Shown: positions 1 through 9,836, numbered from the stretch's first letter. The stretch: 64,000 nt of DNA from an uncultured Methylomirabilota bacterium (GCA_963845565.1 CAWJSJ010000002.1:2496001-2560000); one strand, 5' to 3'. The notes: a model not told the origin generated them from the letters alone. Numbers and translations: made by a program.

Positions 1-532
1 GCGCCTCACCGCGGAACAGGACCGGAGCCATCAGGGCCGCTCCGAGGAGGACCAGCACGAGATTCACCCGGAGTGCCAGCGCCACGAAGGCCAGAATCAC
101 CAGCAGAACCCCTTGCCACCCGTGGACGGCCACCCGGGTCAGTGAAACGCAGGCGTTCAGGATGATGGCTACCACAATGGCTCCGAGTCCGGTGAACACG
201 GCACGGACCACGGCAAGGTCCCCAAAGGTGAAATAGACCGCGGACAGCCCAGTCATCAGGAGGAACGCCGGCAGGACAAACGCCACTGCTGCGGCCGTCG
301 CTCCGGACACGCCCCGGAGGCGGTACCCGATGTAGGTGGCCATCTGCATCATGGTGGCACCGGGTATGAGTTGGCAGAGGGCCATGCCCTCCTTGAAGTC
401 CTGCTCGGTCAGCCAGTGGCGCCGTCCGACGCACTCCTGGCGCAGGGTGGCCATCATCGCCGGCCCGCCATACGCGGTGGCGCCCAGGCGCACGAAGGCG
501 CCAAGCAAGGTGCGCAACGACACGGGATTCAT
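1..532 (-). CDS. chrA: Chromate efflux transporter (ChrA family), N-terminal part; runs off window edge
   Basis: Own translation from ATG 532: MNPVSLRTLLGAFVRLGATAYGGPAMM...WLTEQDFKEGMALCQLIPGATMMQMATYIGYRLRG, ChrA motifs; ATGA overlap with upstream gene; not in ORF track. Confidence 0.9.
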   Translation of the reverse strand, partial: MNPVSLRTLLGAFVRLGATAYGGPAMMATLRQECVGRRHWLTEQDFKEGMALCQLIPGATMMQMATYIGYRLRGVSGATAAAVAFVLPAFLLMTGLSAVYFTFGDLAVVRAVFTGLGAIVVAIILNACVSLTRVAVHGWQGVLLVILAFVALALRVNLVLVLLGAALMAPVLFRGEA

Positions 533-1029
533 GCGGAGGACCTCCGACCCTGCAGATGTTCTTGGTGGGAACCGGCCGAAGGTTGTTCGACGAACTTCGC
601 CGTCGCAGTGGCCATGACCACGCCGGCTTGACGAAGCTCCGCGGCCAGGTAGTGAATTTGGTGACCGGAGTTCTCGATGCGGGCACGAACGGATACGGTG
701 CGTTCCGTGGCGACCGGGTGGTGAAAGCGCACGCAGAGCTCCCCGGTGAGTGCCGTGCGCCCCTGCGCAAAGAGGCAATTGGTCATCGCGCCGTCCAGGA
801 GCAAGCAGATGATGCCGCCATGAAGCGTGTTGGGGTACCCTTCGAAAAGCCTCCCGCAATCGAATTCGGCCTGCACGCTACCATCCGGAAGGGGGTCGAA
901 ATTGAGATGGAGTCCCGCCGGGTTCTCCGATCCACACAGGATACAATGTGGATGACGGCGTTGCCGGATGTGCGCCAGTTGGTCGGCATGAGGTTCTGGG
1001 AATTCCGTTGGCGTGCACGAGTCTGACAT
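529..1029 (-). CDS. PaaI-family (hotdog) thioesterase
   Basis: CILCGSENPAGL and GYPNTLHGGIICLLLDGAM motifs. Confidence 0.85.
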   Translation of the reverse strand: MSDSCTPTEFPEPHADQLAHIRQRRHPHCILCGSENPAGLHLNFDPLPDGSVQAEFDCGRLFEGYPNTLHGGIICLLLDGAMTNCLFAQGRTALTGELCVRFHHPVATERTVSVRARIENSGHQIHYLAAELRQAGVVMATATAKFVEQPSAGSHQEHLQGRRSSA

Positions 1030-1074
1030 ACATTCTCCTCTGTGTCCACGCACCTTCCGATCAGTCTCCGGCGG

Positions 1075-1722
1075 CTAGGAACGTTTGTACCCCGTCAGGA
1101 TCTTGCTCTTTCCGGGTGGGAGAACCTCCCTGTGAACCCGTGAGAACACTCGGCCGAGCTCGTGCATCTCGCCGCCCAGAAACGCCCGGGCCCCTTCCGC
1201 GCCGATGACCGCCAACCGCAGGGAGAACAGGAATCGGGGGAGGGGTCGGGTTGGCACTTCGTGTTCCATGGCCAGGAATCTTCCCCCGGGCGAGAGCGAC
1301 CGAGCGACCTCCTGGAGCATCGTCCCTCGGGTCGGGCCCTTCAACTCGTACAGGGCATACGCGCACACCACGGCGTCGAACACTCCGTCCTTGAAGGGCA
1401 GGGCCGAAGCGTCGGCCTGTACCCAGCGGATGGCGGACAGTCCCGCCTGCCGCGCCGCGGCCACTCCGCGGGAAAGCATTCCCCGCGAGAAGTCGAGCCC
1501 GACAACGACCGCGTCAGCCGGCGCACTTTCCCTCAGCGCCCGCGTCACGGCGCCCGTCCCGCAGCACAGATCCAGGACGCACCGGACGGTCACGCGCGTC
1601 GCGCGCTCGGCCAGGGCTCGTCGCATAGGGCCGGTCGGCTCTCCCGAGTGCCACGCGACGAAGCGGTCGTAGACCAGAGAGAACAGGTCGTAGTACCGCC
1701 GTCGAGCCGTTCGCGTCCCCAC
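1075..1722 (-). CDS. Class I SAM-dependent methyltransferase (UbiE-like)
   Basis: VLDLCCGTG, GLDFSRGML, DASALPFKDGVFDAV motifs. Confidence 0.85.
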   Translation of the reverse strand: MGTRTARRRYYDLFSLVYDRFVAWHSGEPTGPMRRALAERATRVTVRCVLDLCCGTGAVTRALRESAPADAVVVGLDFSRGMLSRGVAAARQAGLSAIRWVQADASALPFKDGVFDAVVCAYALYELKGPTRGTMLQEVARSLSPGGRFLAMEHEVPTRPLPRFLFSLRLAVIGAEGARAFLGGEMHELGRVFSRVHREVLPPGKSKILTGYKRS

Positions 1723-1729
1723 GCTGTTG

Positions 1730-1927
1730 TCAGATCCGAGCCAGGAGTCCGCGCAAGCGTCGGAGGAACACGGCCCCCTCGATCACCAACCAGGCGAGCT
1801 CGACCAGGAGCGGCTCAGAGTCCCGGCTGACCGAACGCCGCCTGGGCAGCGGGACCAAGGGGGCGACGTCGTCCGTTTTCTCCGTTCCGCGTTCGCGGTC
1901 ATCCACGACGTGCTTTTCATCCTGCAT
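1730..1927 (-). CDS. Small hypothetical protein (65 aa)
   Basis: GGGAGG RBS before ATG 1927; fits operon spacing; no recognised domain. Confidence 0.4.
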   Translation of the reverse strand: MQDEKHVVDDRERGTEKTDDVAPLVPLPRRRSVSRDSEPLLVELAWLVIEGAVFLRRLRGLLARI

Positions 1928-2090
1928 GATGACGACCCTCCCGCCTGTTGCGCCCGGGTCACCGCCGGGTCGTAGCGCACGCGGCCCGCCAGGCAGAACG
2001 TCACGAAAGACTTCGACCAGAAACTGCGCTTGTCGAGTCCGACCTTCATGGCCTCTGGTCTCTTCATCGACCCGACTGACTTGGGCCTTC

Positions 2091-3227
2091 TCACCGGACC
2101 GACACGCTGACCTCGATCGGCGAGAGTAGGCCCTGAGCGAACTGATCCACGTAGGTTTTCCATGCCTCGAAGTCCGCAAACTGCCCACCCTTGTCCCAGC
2201 AGAAACCGGCCCAATACGAGGCCATGTTGTCGGCTGGTACCCGGGTCAACATAAGCAGGTTGCGCTGGTCTTCCGTCTGTTTCTCATAGAGCTTGGGGTC
2301 CACTATGACCACCAGCCCCTGCCTGCCGGCATTCTGCTCCATGGGCTCCCACTTGGCCAGCCAGCCCCGCTCTGTGTTGACCTCCCAGCGCTCTCCACTG
2401 ACCTTCTTGAGCCCGATGCCTGTGAGCAGGGCCGTTGGCTTCTCAGGTTTGTAGAGGCTTCGGAAGTGGCCCACGTTCTGCCCGGCGTCCAGAGAGATCC
2501 GTTTGACCTCGGAGACCATTACGCCGTTGACCTCGAACGGCTCATAGGTCAACTCAAACATTACGCGGATCGGTCCATTGGCCAGGACGCGGGAATTCAC
2601 ATGGTTCTTGGAGACCCACAGCCTGTCTACTGCCCACAGACCATTGCCGCCGCACCCGCGGCTTAGCCCGGCCGAGTAGAGGTCCCCGCCGTCACCCGTG
2701 TCTGCGTGGTAGTTGTCCACCATGTACCAGTCATTGATGACCATGCGGCGCGTGCGCTTGGACCAGATGTCCACCGTGCTGCTGACCAGCAGTTCGCGGA
2801 CATAGGTCTCCAGGGCCTTGCCGTACATCCGATGGGCGATGCGATCATTTTCCCAGCAGAAGTCGTCAAACCGCTCCCGTACAAAGCGGCCATAGGCCCT
2901 GAACTGGTCCTTGGTGTACACCCACTTGTCACCCACGGTGGCCGTGAAGGTCTGGGACTGGCCAGCAGCAAAGTCGGCCTGGAAGATCACTTGGTCCGCG
3001 GTGTAGTCCCCATCGGTGTCGACCGTCTGGCAGAGCAGTTCCTTGCCAGTCGCGTCCTTGATATGGATTCTGGTCAAGTCCTTTTCGCCGAGTGCTGCCA
3101 GATCTTTGACCGAAAGCTCGATCGTCTGATCGGGTCGGGCGATCTGAAGCGTGTTGACGGCCGTTACCGTTCCTAGCCCCGTTCCCGTCCCGCTATCCTG
3201 CGGACCGGGTGAGTCTCCTTTCGGCAT
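2091..3227 (-). CDS. DUF4861-family protein (often found in carbohydrate loci); start uncertain
   Basis: ERFDDFCWENDRIAHRMYG, YHADTGDGGDLY, NGPIRVMFELTY, YWAGFCWDK motifs. Confidence 0.75.
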   Translation of the reverse strand: MPKGDSPGPQDSGTGTGLGTVTAVNTLQIARPDQTIELSVKDLAALGEKDLTRIHIKDATGKELLCQTVDTDGDYTADQVIFQADFAAGQSQTFTATVGDKWVYTKDQFRAYGRFVRERFDDFCWENDRIAHRMYGKALETYVRELLVSSTVDIWSKRTRRMVINDWYMVDNYHADTGDGGDLYSAGLSRGCGGNGLWAVDRLWVSKNHVNSRVLANGPIRVMFELTYEPFEVNGVMVSEVKRISLDAGQNVGHFRSLYKPEKPTALLTGIGLKKVSGERWEVNTERGWLAKWEPMEQNAGRQGLVVIVDPKLYEKQTEDQRNLLMLTRVPADNMASYWAGFCWDKGGQFADFEAWKTYVDQFAQGLLSPIEVSVSVR

Positions 3228-3532
3228 GATCGGGTTTCCCTTTCTTGAAGATTGTTTCTTATTTCCCCTGGTTATCGCGGTCCCGCACTTCGGGCATTTC
3301 CGTCCCATGCAGGAAACTCCACGCTTACTGTGCGGCGCGTAAGACAGGCTACACGTTCGACAGCACGGCACTGAGTTCTGGGCTCGGAGGGTCCGACGGG
3401 CTGCCGCTGCGGGACCGGCGTCCGCTCCGCGGCGCCGTCCGGCGGGACCTTCACAGAACCATCACCCTTGGCGATTCCTGCTGCGTTCTGCATGATAGCC
3501 CTTCCTCCTGCAGCACCACCGCTTGCAGCCTC

Positions 3533-3931
3533 TCAATGCGCGAGTTCGGGACGCTGAGTGAGACGCCCCTCGATGAAGGCCCGCACGGCCTCCTGGATGT
3601 CGTGCAGGTCGGTCAAGACCGGGCGGATGCCCACCTCCTCGAGGTTTCGCTGCATCCCCATTCCCATGCCGCCCGCCAGGACCGCCTGGCAATCCGCGAT
3701 GACGGCCAACATCTGGCCGTGTCGGTTCCGGCTTGCGGGATCGAACCCATGCGGGCCCGAGCTGTGATGGTCGTCCCCACCTTGTGGGGCAAAGGTGTGG
3801 TGGCCCGCCTTGTCGCGCAGCTCCTGCTGGAGAATGCGCCCGTCCTCCACGGTGAACACGAGGTAATGTCGAGCCCGACCGAAATGCTGACTGATCGTCT
3901 TCCCGTCATCGGTGATGGCTGCAATCTTCAC
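3533..3931 (-). CDS. NifB/NifX-family (FeMo-cofactor-binding-like) protein with His-rich insert
   Basis: KIAAITDDGKTISQHFGRARHY...VLAGGMG; GTG start with AGGAG RBS. Confidence 0.85.
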   Translation of the reverse strand: MKIAAITDDGKTISQHFGRARHYLVFTVEDGRILQQELRDKAGHHTFAPQGGDDHHSSGPHGFDPASRNRHGQMLAVIADCQAVLAGGMGMGMQRNLEEVGIRPVLTDLHDIQEAVRAFIEGRLTQRPELAH

Positions 3932-4185
3932 TGGTCTGCTCCTGTCGTTCTCCTGTTGTTTGCCGCTGCCGGGGTCTCTCGCGGTGCGCAGGTTGCGTTG
4001 GTGGAGACCTTGCGCGGGGTGGAGCAGGAGATATCCCCACTTCCGCGTGGAACGCGCAGGTTGAGCTTTCGAACATAGGGAGAGAAGGTCCGAGTGCCGC
4101 CCCCCTCGCTGACTACCCGCACATGCCAGCGGCGCGGGTAGACTCGAATGGTCCTTCCGACCGACTCCAGCGCATGTCACCTCGC

Positions 4186-4650
4186 TCATCGCGCTCGACG
4201 CCAGCCCGCCCAGACAGGGATGCCTGCTGCGTCCCTCAACACGAGCACGCTGTCGCCTTTTCGCAGCTCCACTGCAATCACGGCCGGGAGCCCCTCGGCG
4301 AAGGCCTTCGCTCCCATGACCTCGATTCGATCTCCGAGCTCAATCCGAGCGTCCAGATGTTCAATGTACCACGCTGGGCCGAGTTGAACCGGAATACTCA
4401 CCGCTTTCATGGTCAAGAGCAAAGAGATCCCCTCGGCCATCCCCGGCATCGGGACGGTCGTGCTGATTTCCGTCACTTCCCCTGAAAAACTCGAAATTCT
4501 CGACGGGTTGTAGCAGCGGTTATAGGGCGAGTCCGCTCCCCAACCGCCGCTGCCACGCCATCCCTCCCACCCGTTCGCCCGGGCGGGGAGCGACATGACG
4601 ATGCATCCGGTCACCAGCGCAACTACGCCCAGGACACCCAAGCGCTTCAT
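4186..4650 (-). CDS. Secreted OB-fold-like protein (MamS/MamX-like domain)
   Basis: Signal peptide; VQLGPAWY...GDRIEVMG...LRDAAGIPVW pattern. Confidence 0.6.
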   Translation of the reverse strand: MKRLGVLGVVALVTGCIVMSLPARANGWEGWRGSGGWGADSPYNRCYNPSRISSFSGEVTEISTTVPMPGMAEGISLLLTMKAVSIPVQLGPAWYIEHLDARIELGDRIEVMGAKAFAEGLPAVIAVELRKGDSVLVLRDAAGIPVWAGWRRAR

Positions 4651-4698
4651 GGCAGGCCTCCTTTACTCCGCAGGCTCGCCCCGGTTGCCGGGCGACAA

Positions 4699-5598
4699 TC
4701 ATCGGATTGCCTCGAGCGTGGCGCGCGTTTCCTGCCAGACTCCGCGAAGCGCCTTCGCGGCAGGCCCGTCGGCGATCTCCACGACGCTCTTCCGTTGACC
4801 CTGTGCATGAGTGAACACAGGGTCATAGGGTATCCGCCCGACGATCCGGATTCCACGTGCTTGGCACCATCGCTCGATGGCCGAGGCGACGTCCGGGTTG
4901 AGGTCGGCCTTGTTGATGCACACGGCCATCGGAATCCGAAAATGCGCCGTGAGGGCGGCCAACCGCTCCAGATCGTGCTGACCCGAGAGGGTCGGCTCCG
5001 CCACGCCGAGGACCAGATCCGTTCCGGCGACGGAGGCGATGACGGGGCATCCGATGCCGGGCGAACCATCCACCAGGAGCAGGTCCAGGTCCCGCTCCTT
5101 CGCCACGGCTCGCGCTCCTTCGCGGACAAGCGTCACCAGCTTCCCGGAGTTTTCCCCGCCGGGGTCCAAGCGCGCGTGGACCAGCGGCCCATGGCGCGTC
5201 TCGGAGATATACCACTCGCCGTCGCGCCCGAGGCTGAACTCCACCGCCTGGGTGGGGCAGACGTGCGAACACACGCCGCAGCCCTCGCAGGCGAGGGGAT
5301 CCACGCGATACGTCTTCGCAATGGCCCCGTTACCGGGCCCGTCGAACGCAATGGCTCCGAACCGACAATGTTCGGCGCATGCGCCACAGCCCGCGCACCG
5401 ATCCGCGACGATGTGGGCCCGCCGCCTTCCCTGGAACTCCTGGACCTGCAGCGTCCGCGGCGTGAGGATCAGGTGAAGATCGGCGGCGTCCACATCGCAA
5501 TCGGCCAGCACCTTCCGATCCGCCAGCGCGGCGAACGCGGCGACCAGGCTCGTCTTGCCCGTCCCGCCCTTGCCGCTGAGGACGACCATCTCCTTCAC
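4699..5598 (-). CDS. MinD-superfamily P-loop ATPase with inserted 2x[4Fe-4S] ferredoxin (COG1149)
   Basis: SGKGGTGKT, DCDVDAADL, CAGCGACAEHC, CEGCGVCSHVCP, DGSPGIGCP. Confidence 0.9.
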   Translation of the reverse strand: MKEMVVLSGKGGTGKTSLVAAFAALADRKVLADCDVDAADLHLILTPRTLQVQEFQGRRRAHIVADRCAGCGACAEHCRFGAIAFDGPGNGAIAKTYRVDPLACEGCGVCSHVCPTQAVEFSLGRDGEWYISETRHGPLVHARLDPGGENSGKLVTLVREGARAVAKERDLDLLLVDGSPGIGCPVIASVAGTDLVLGVAEPTLSGQHDLERLAALTAHFRIPMAVCINKADLNPDVASAIERWCQARGIRIVGRIPYDPVFTHAQGQRKSVVEIADGPAAKALRGVWQETRATLEAIR

Positions 5599-6443
5599 GA
5601 GCGCACCGCCGAGCGGAGCCGACCGAAGAGGTCGTTCATCCAGCGGTCGAATCCCGGGAAGCTGCGAGCGGCCAATTCGCCGCGGGAATAGATTTCAGCG
5701 ATACGGCGGTCCTCGGGAATCTGCAGCAGGACCGGGATGTTGGACTGGGCACAGTACCGCTGGACCCCGTCGCCGCCCGGACCCACGCGATTGATCGCGA
5801 CCCCGTGAGGCACGCCCACTTTTCGAATGGCGTCGACGGCCAGTGTGAGATCGTGGAGCCCGAAGACGGTCGGTTCCGCGACGAGGAGGACAAAATCGGC
5901 GCCTCGGACGGTTTCAATCATGGGGCACGACGTCCCCGGTGGCGCGTCCAGGATGGCGATCCCCGCGCGCGGCAGGTGCCTTTTCACGGCCCGGATGATC
6001 GGTGGGGACATCGGCTGGCCGATCTGGAGCCGTCCCTCCACGAACTGTATGGGCCCGGAAGCGCCTCGGGCAACCTCCCCGATCGCTCGCGGGATCTCCC
6101 GGATGGCCTTCTCCGGGCAAACCAAGGCGCAGCCCCCGCAGCCACAACACAACTCGGGAAACGTCAGCACGGCACTCCCCAGGCAGACGATCGCGTGGGA
6201 CTGGCAGAACTCGCCGCAGCGCCCGCACCGTGTGCAGCGGGCCTCATCCACCTCTGGGACGGGGATGGTGACCGCCTCCCGGCTCGTGATGACCGGCTTC
6301 AGGAAGATGTGCCCGTTGGGCGCCTCCACGTCACAGTCGAGGTAGGTCACCGAGTGATCCTGGTCTGCCAGGACGCTGGCCAGATTCGTGGCCAGAATGG
6401 TCTTCCCGGTGCCGCCCTTACCGCTGGCGAAGACGATCCGCAT
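5595..6443 (-). CDS. MinD-superfamily P-loop ATPase with inserted ferredoxin (COG1149), partner subunit
   Basis: SGKGGTGKT, DCDVEAPN, CTRCGRCGEFC, CCGCGGCALVCP, DAPPGTSCP. Confidence 0.9.
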   Translation of the reverse strand: MRIVFASGKGGTGKTILATNLASVLADQDHSVTYLDCDVEAPNGHIFLKPVITSREAVTIPVPEVDEARCTRCGRCGEFCQSHAIVCLGSAVLTFPELCCGCGGCALVCPEKAIREIPRAIGEVARGASGPIQFVEGRLQIGQPMSPPIIRAVKRHLPRAGIAILDAPPGTSCPMIETVRGADFVLLVAEPTVFGLHDLTLAVDAIRKVGVPHGVAINRVGPGGDGVQRYCAQSNIPVLLQIPEDRRIAEIYSRGELAARSFPGFDRWMNDLFGRLRSAVRS

Positions 6444-6582
6444 GCGCGTTCCCTTGGATACTACCGTGCCACACGGCGACTCCGCCGCTACGTTTCAGAC
6501 GCCAACCTTCGGTCCGACAGTTGCTCGAAACGCTTGCGGGTCCATCCGGGGAAGGCATCGCCCTCCCCGGATGTCAATCCTG

Positions 6583-6939
6583 TTATTCAGCCTTCGCGCC
6601 GCTTTCGAGCTTCTGAATGCGCTGTTGCAGCGATTGCAACGTCTGCTCCAGGTACCCGGCCTGGGCCTTCAGCGCATTCACTTCGACCTCTGGGGGCATC
6701 GCCTGCGCAACAGGCGTCGCGTAGGGATAGGGTCCGGCGCCCCAGGCCGGAACGCCCATCCCGGCTCTCGCCCAGCCCGGCAAGCCCGTGGCATGGAACC
6801 AGTGCCGCCACCCCCGGCCGCCACCCCGCCCCCCGGCCGAACTGAGGATTCCCGGTGCCCCAGCCCCGCCGCAATATCCGGCGCCGCGGCCCGTCAGTGG
6901 GCCGCCGCCCATCGGTCCCGTGCGATCTCCTCGTGGCAT
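6583..6939 (-). CDS. DUF5320-family Gly/Arg-rich protein
   Basis: MPRGDRTGPMGGGPLTGRGAGYC N-terminus and C-terminal coiled coil. Confidence 0.85.
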   Translation of the reverse strand: MPRGDRTGPMGGGPLTGRGAGYCGGAGAPGILSSAGGRGGGRGWRHWFHATGLPGWARAGMGVPAWGAGPYPYATPVAQAMPPEVEVNALKAQAGYLEQTLQSLQQRIQKLESGAKAE

Positions 6940-6988
6940 CGTAGTCCCTCCTTTCGTCGCCCGGTCTCGCCGAGAATGTGAGACCGTC

Positions 6989-7351
6989 TTACCAGTGGGG
7001 TTGAACATCGGCCTCCGCAGCCTCCTGCAGGAGACCAGCCTGGAACTGCTTCACGGCGTCCTGGACCGTTCCCTCCGCCACTCCGGTGTAGACGCGAACA
7101 CCGGCAGCATGCAGCGCCCGGTACGCGTTGGGGCCGCAGTGGCCCGTGAGCACTGCGTGAACTCCCTGGTCTGCCATCAACCGCGCTGCCTGGATGCCCG
7201 CGCCTTGCCCGGAGCTGCTCGCTTCCCGGTTGTCGAGCGCTCGAACGGCTCCGGTGTCCGTATCCATGACGACGAACGCTGCCGCCCGGCCGAACCGAGT
7301 GTCCACGGCTGCCTCAAGATCCACTCCCTTTGCAGTGACCGCGATGATCAT
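6989..7351 (-). CDS. NifB/NifX-family protein
   Basis: VDTRFGRA...GAGIQAA...VLTGHCGPNAY. Confidence 0.9.
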   Translation of the reverse strand: MIIAVTAKGVDLEAAVDTRFGRAAAFVVMDTDTGAVRALDNREASSSGQGAGIQAARLMADQGVHAVLTGHCGPNAYRALHAAGVRVYTGVAEGTVQDAVKQFQAGLLQEAAEADVQPHW

Positions 7352-7389
7352 TCTCGGGTCTCCCTCTGGCTCGGTGTTGCTCCGGGGGG

Positions 7390-7785
7390 TCAGGTCTGTC
7401 CGTGGCCCTGGGGACCAGCCGGAGTACAGTGGTGCCGCCAACGGCCCCGACAGCCCGGCATCCTCCAGCGGGAGTCCGACAGGCGCTTCGTCAGGTACGC
7501 CCGCAAGACGCCCTCCACGGGGCCCGACACCCACGGGATCACGACCACTCCCGAGGCAGAAACGATCTCTGCCAACGGTCGGGAGATGGCGCCGCAAATG
7601 AGGACATTCACCTCCAGTTCCGTCAACCGCCGCGCGCGCTGAGTCAGGAAAGAGTCTCCCCCAATCTCGACGACGATACGGGGTCCGCGCTCCGCCCCTT
7701 GCTCCACGTCGACGAGGAGAAGCCGATTCGACGTGTCGAAGACGGGTGAGATGCGATCATTCCAAACCGCGATGGCCACCTGCAT
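7390..7785 (-). CDS. NifB/NifX-family protein
   Basis: RISPVFDTS...VLICGAISRPL...MPGC. Confidence 0.85.
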   Translation of the reverse strand: MQVAIAVWNDRISPVFDTSNRLLLVDVEQGAERGPRIVVEIGGDSFLTQRARRLTELEVNVLICGAISRPLAEIVSASGVVVIPWVSGPVEGVLRAYLTKRLSDSRWRMPGCRGRWRHHCTPAGPQGHGQT

Positions 7786-7813
7786 CGAGTCCCCCATGTT
7801 CACTGGGGTGTAG

Positions 7814-7829
7814 AGCATCTACCGTGCCA
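7814..7829 (-). promoter_or_regulatory. Sigma54 -24/-12 promoter
   Basis: TGGCACGGTAGATGCT (GG-N10-GC) about 30 nt upstream of ATG 7785. Confidence 0.75.
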
Positions 7830-7924
7830 ACGCATTCCTGCGTCGGCCTCCACCGCAATCGGCGATAAGGACTGACGTTTTTAGCCCGTGCGTCGCAGGT
7901 GCGGCCAAGAGCACGTGTCCAGCG

Positions 7925-7972
7925 GTGCAAGGCCGCAATCATCGAAGGGGATCCGTGAATGCATCCGTGCTA
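7925..7972. promoter_or_regulatory. Tandem upstream activator sites (TTGC-N6-GCAA-like)
   Basis: GTGC-AAGGCC-GCAA (7925) and ATGC-ATCCGT-GCTA (7959), 34 bp apart. Confidence 0.55.
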
Positions 7973-8074
7973 CGCGTTCTGGGTGTCGCAGGGAGAGCAG
8001 GGCCGACCCATGAGCCTTCGTGAGCCCGCCGCACCGATCGACCGGTTTGTGGATGAACCAAGGGTCCCGTGCCC

Positions 8075-8275
8075 TCAACTGCAGGCGAATCCTGGAACGG
8101 CGCATCCGCAGGGCTCGCCCTTGGCGCACTCCAACCCGCAGGTGGGGACCAGGGCGCATGCCACCCCCGTCTTGGCGCACTCGGGACACATCGGCGTGCC
8201 CATGGCCTGCGCGTGTTCGCGCGTCAACTCAACGATCAACCCGCACTGCTGGCATTTGTACTTGTAAATCGTCAC
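8075..8275 (-). CDS. FmdB-like zinc-ribbon protein with Cys-rich tail
   Basis: IYKYKCQQCG...CPECA plus CALVPTCGLECAKGEPCGC. Confidence 0.6.
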   Translation of the reverse strand: MTIYKYKCQQCGLIVELTREHAQAMGTPMCPECAKTGVACALVPTCGLECAKGEPCGCAVPGFACS

Positions 8276-8408
8276 TGTCCCGGTCTGGCTGTGTCGCAGC
8301 CCTGCAGGTGTTAGCCGCTCCAACACTGACGAAGGCGGCGATGGAGGCGAAGCACGGTGGGATGATCCGCTGGGCGGTCGATGCCTTCCCTTGAACTTCC
8401 GCCGCACC

Positions 8409-8975
8409 TCATCGCGGCGAGCCAATCACGTCCTCGATGGCCCTTGCCAGATCCTCGTAGGCGCACGATCCGACCTGAACTCCCCGGATCCGGCCGTCAG
8501 GGCCCAGGAGGACGAATGTCGGAACGCCTTCCAGCGCATACACACGCACGGTGTGGTCGTCCCCGAGGAGATAACACCACGAGTGGCCGTGGACCTGGGC
8601 GAAGGCCTTGACTCTCGTGGCACGCCGGTCGAAGGCGACAGTCAGGAAGGAGACCCGGTTTCCGTACACCTCGTGGAGTCGAGTGAGAACGGGGGCCATG
8701 GTCCGGCAGTGCGGACAGTCCGTGGACATAAACTCCAGGAGTACAGGTTTCGAGCCGAGGAACTCGTTCAGGGTCCGGGTTCGTCCGTCCAGGTCCGGAA
8801 GCGAGAGCGGCGGGGCCACAGGTTGGCGCTGGTCGGCCGCCAGTCCAGGGGCAGCGCCGCCCGCCCCAACGAAGGCGAGAACCACGAGTGCCGTTGTGTA
8901 CCCGCCGAGGAGGCGAACCACGGTTCGCGTGATCCGCACACACAGGCATGCCGGAGAAGGCCCGAGGTCACGCAT
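8409..8975 (-). CDS. TlpA/ResA-family thiol-disulfide oxidoreductase
   Basis: LPDLDG, CPHC active site, GVPTFVLLGPDGRI; hydrophobic N-terminus. Confidence 0.85.
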   Translation of the reverse strand: MRDLGPSPACLCVRITRTVVRLLGGYTTALVVLAFVGAGGAAPGLAADQRQPVAPPLSLPDLDGRTRTLNEFLGSKPVLLEFMSTDCPHCRTMAPVLTRLHEVYGNRVSFLTVAFDRRATRVKAFAQVHGHSWCYLLGDDHTVRVYALEGVPTFVLLGPDGRIRGVQVGSCAYEDLARAIEDVIGSPR

Positions 8976-9483
8976 TGTCTGCCTCGGGACGGCTCGATTC
9001 GATCCGCGCATACCTCCAGACCCAGAGGGCCGCAAGGAATGTGGCCGCGAGAAGCCCGAATGCCGCCAGGCAATACGGACACAGGGCTTGGATCACGAAG
9101 ACCTCCACGCCCGTCATTCCCAACTCGAAACACAGCCCGAGCCCGGCAACAAGGACGAGGAGGGTGGGCATCCTGCAGGGCCCCCACCTGGGCACGAAGA
9201 AGCACGCAGCGGCGAGGCCGAAGAGCGCTGCAAATCCGAAGAGGCCAATCAGCGCCACGGGAATGCCGGCGATCTCGGCATACGGGCTCGCCAAGACCTT
9301 GTCGCAGGAGATCGTATCGGTGAAGGTGCAGAGGCCTTTTTTGGGATTACCGGCGATGGCGGCATGGAGCGAAAGCAAGTAGGCGGCAACTCCGATTCCG
9401 GAACCGCTGAAAATGAGGGCGACGCCGAGCGCCCTTCGGTCCACCCCGTGTGGACGCCGAGAAACAAAGAAAGCTTTGGGCAC
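8968..9483 (-). CDS. Vitamin K epoxide reductase (VKOR) family membrane protein
   Basis: C-x7-C (CTFTDTISC) then DKVLASPYA..GIP, CPYC; GGAGGAGG RBS before GTG. Confidence 0.85.
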   Translation of the reverse strand: MPKAFFVSRRPHGVDRRALGVALIFSGSGIGVAAYLLSLHAAIAGNPKKGLCTFTDTISCDKVLASPYAEIAGIPVALIGLFGFAALFGLAAACFFVPRWGPCRMPTLLVLVAGLGLCFELGMTGVEVFVIQALCPYCLAAFGLLAATFLAALWVWRYARIESSRPEADNA

Positions 9484-9539
9484 AGGTCCTCCTCCGTGAT
9501 TCCGTGGGCGAGGCGTCAGTTCGTCATGGCGCCAACGAG

Positions 9540-9680
9540 TCACTCGGCTTTGGCCTCGAATGACTGTAGCGCGAGATAGCTCGGCCCGAAGCGCTTGATG
9601 GTGTCCACCTGCTTGTCGAACGCATCGAAATGGCCTTCCTCGGCGGTCACGAACGCCTCACACATTATCTTTGGAGCAAG
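9540..9680 (-). pseudogene. Bacterioferritin C-terminal remnant
   Basis: EEGHFDAFDKQVDTIKRFGPSYLALQSF resembles ferritin-like helix D with EExH; no N-terminal helices upstream. Confidence 0.6.
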
Positions 9681-9836
9681 AGCAGTGGAACGGCACCCGA
9701 AGCTCGCGTGGATTCCTCGCCCTGCAGACCACGCAGGCGACATTGATACCCCGATGTACTCGGTCCAGGTATGCCTGCGACTCGGCCGGTGTTTCGGCAA
9801 TGCGCATGTTTATCCTGCAGCTGATCGCAGGGTGAG

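Noticed and set aside
3934..4185. Possible further eroded Cys-cluster gene
   Set aside because: Only a faint resemblance (LRVPRGSGDISC) across frames; cannot be supported
4186..4650. Magnetosome island
   Set aside because: A single MamS/X-like domain with no other mam genes
8040..8077. Sec read-through at the TGA of the 8075-8275 zinc ribbon
   Set aside because: Downstream hairpin is weak with no G in the loop, and the extension is unconvincing
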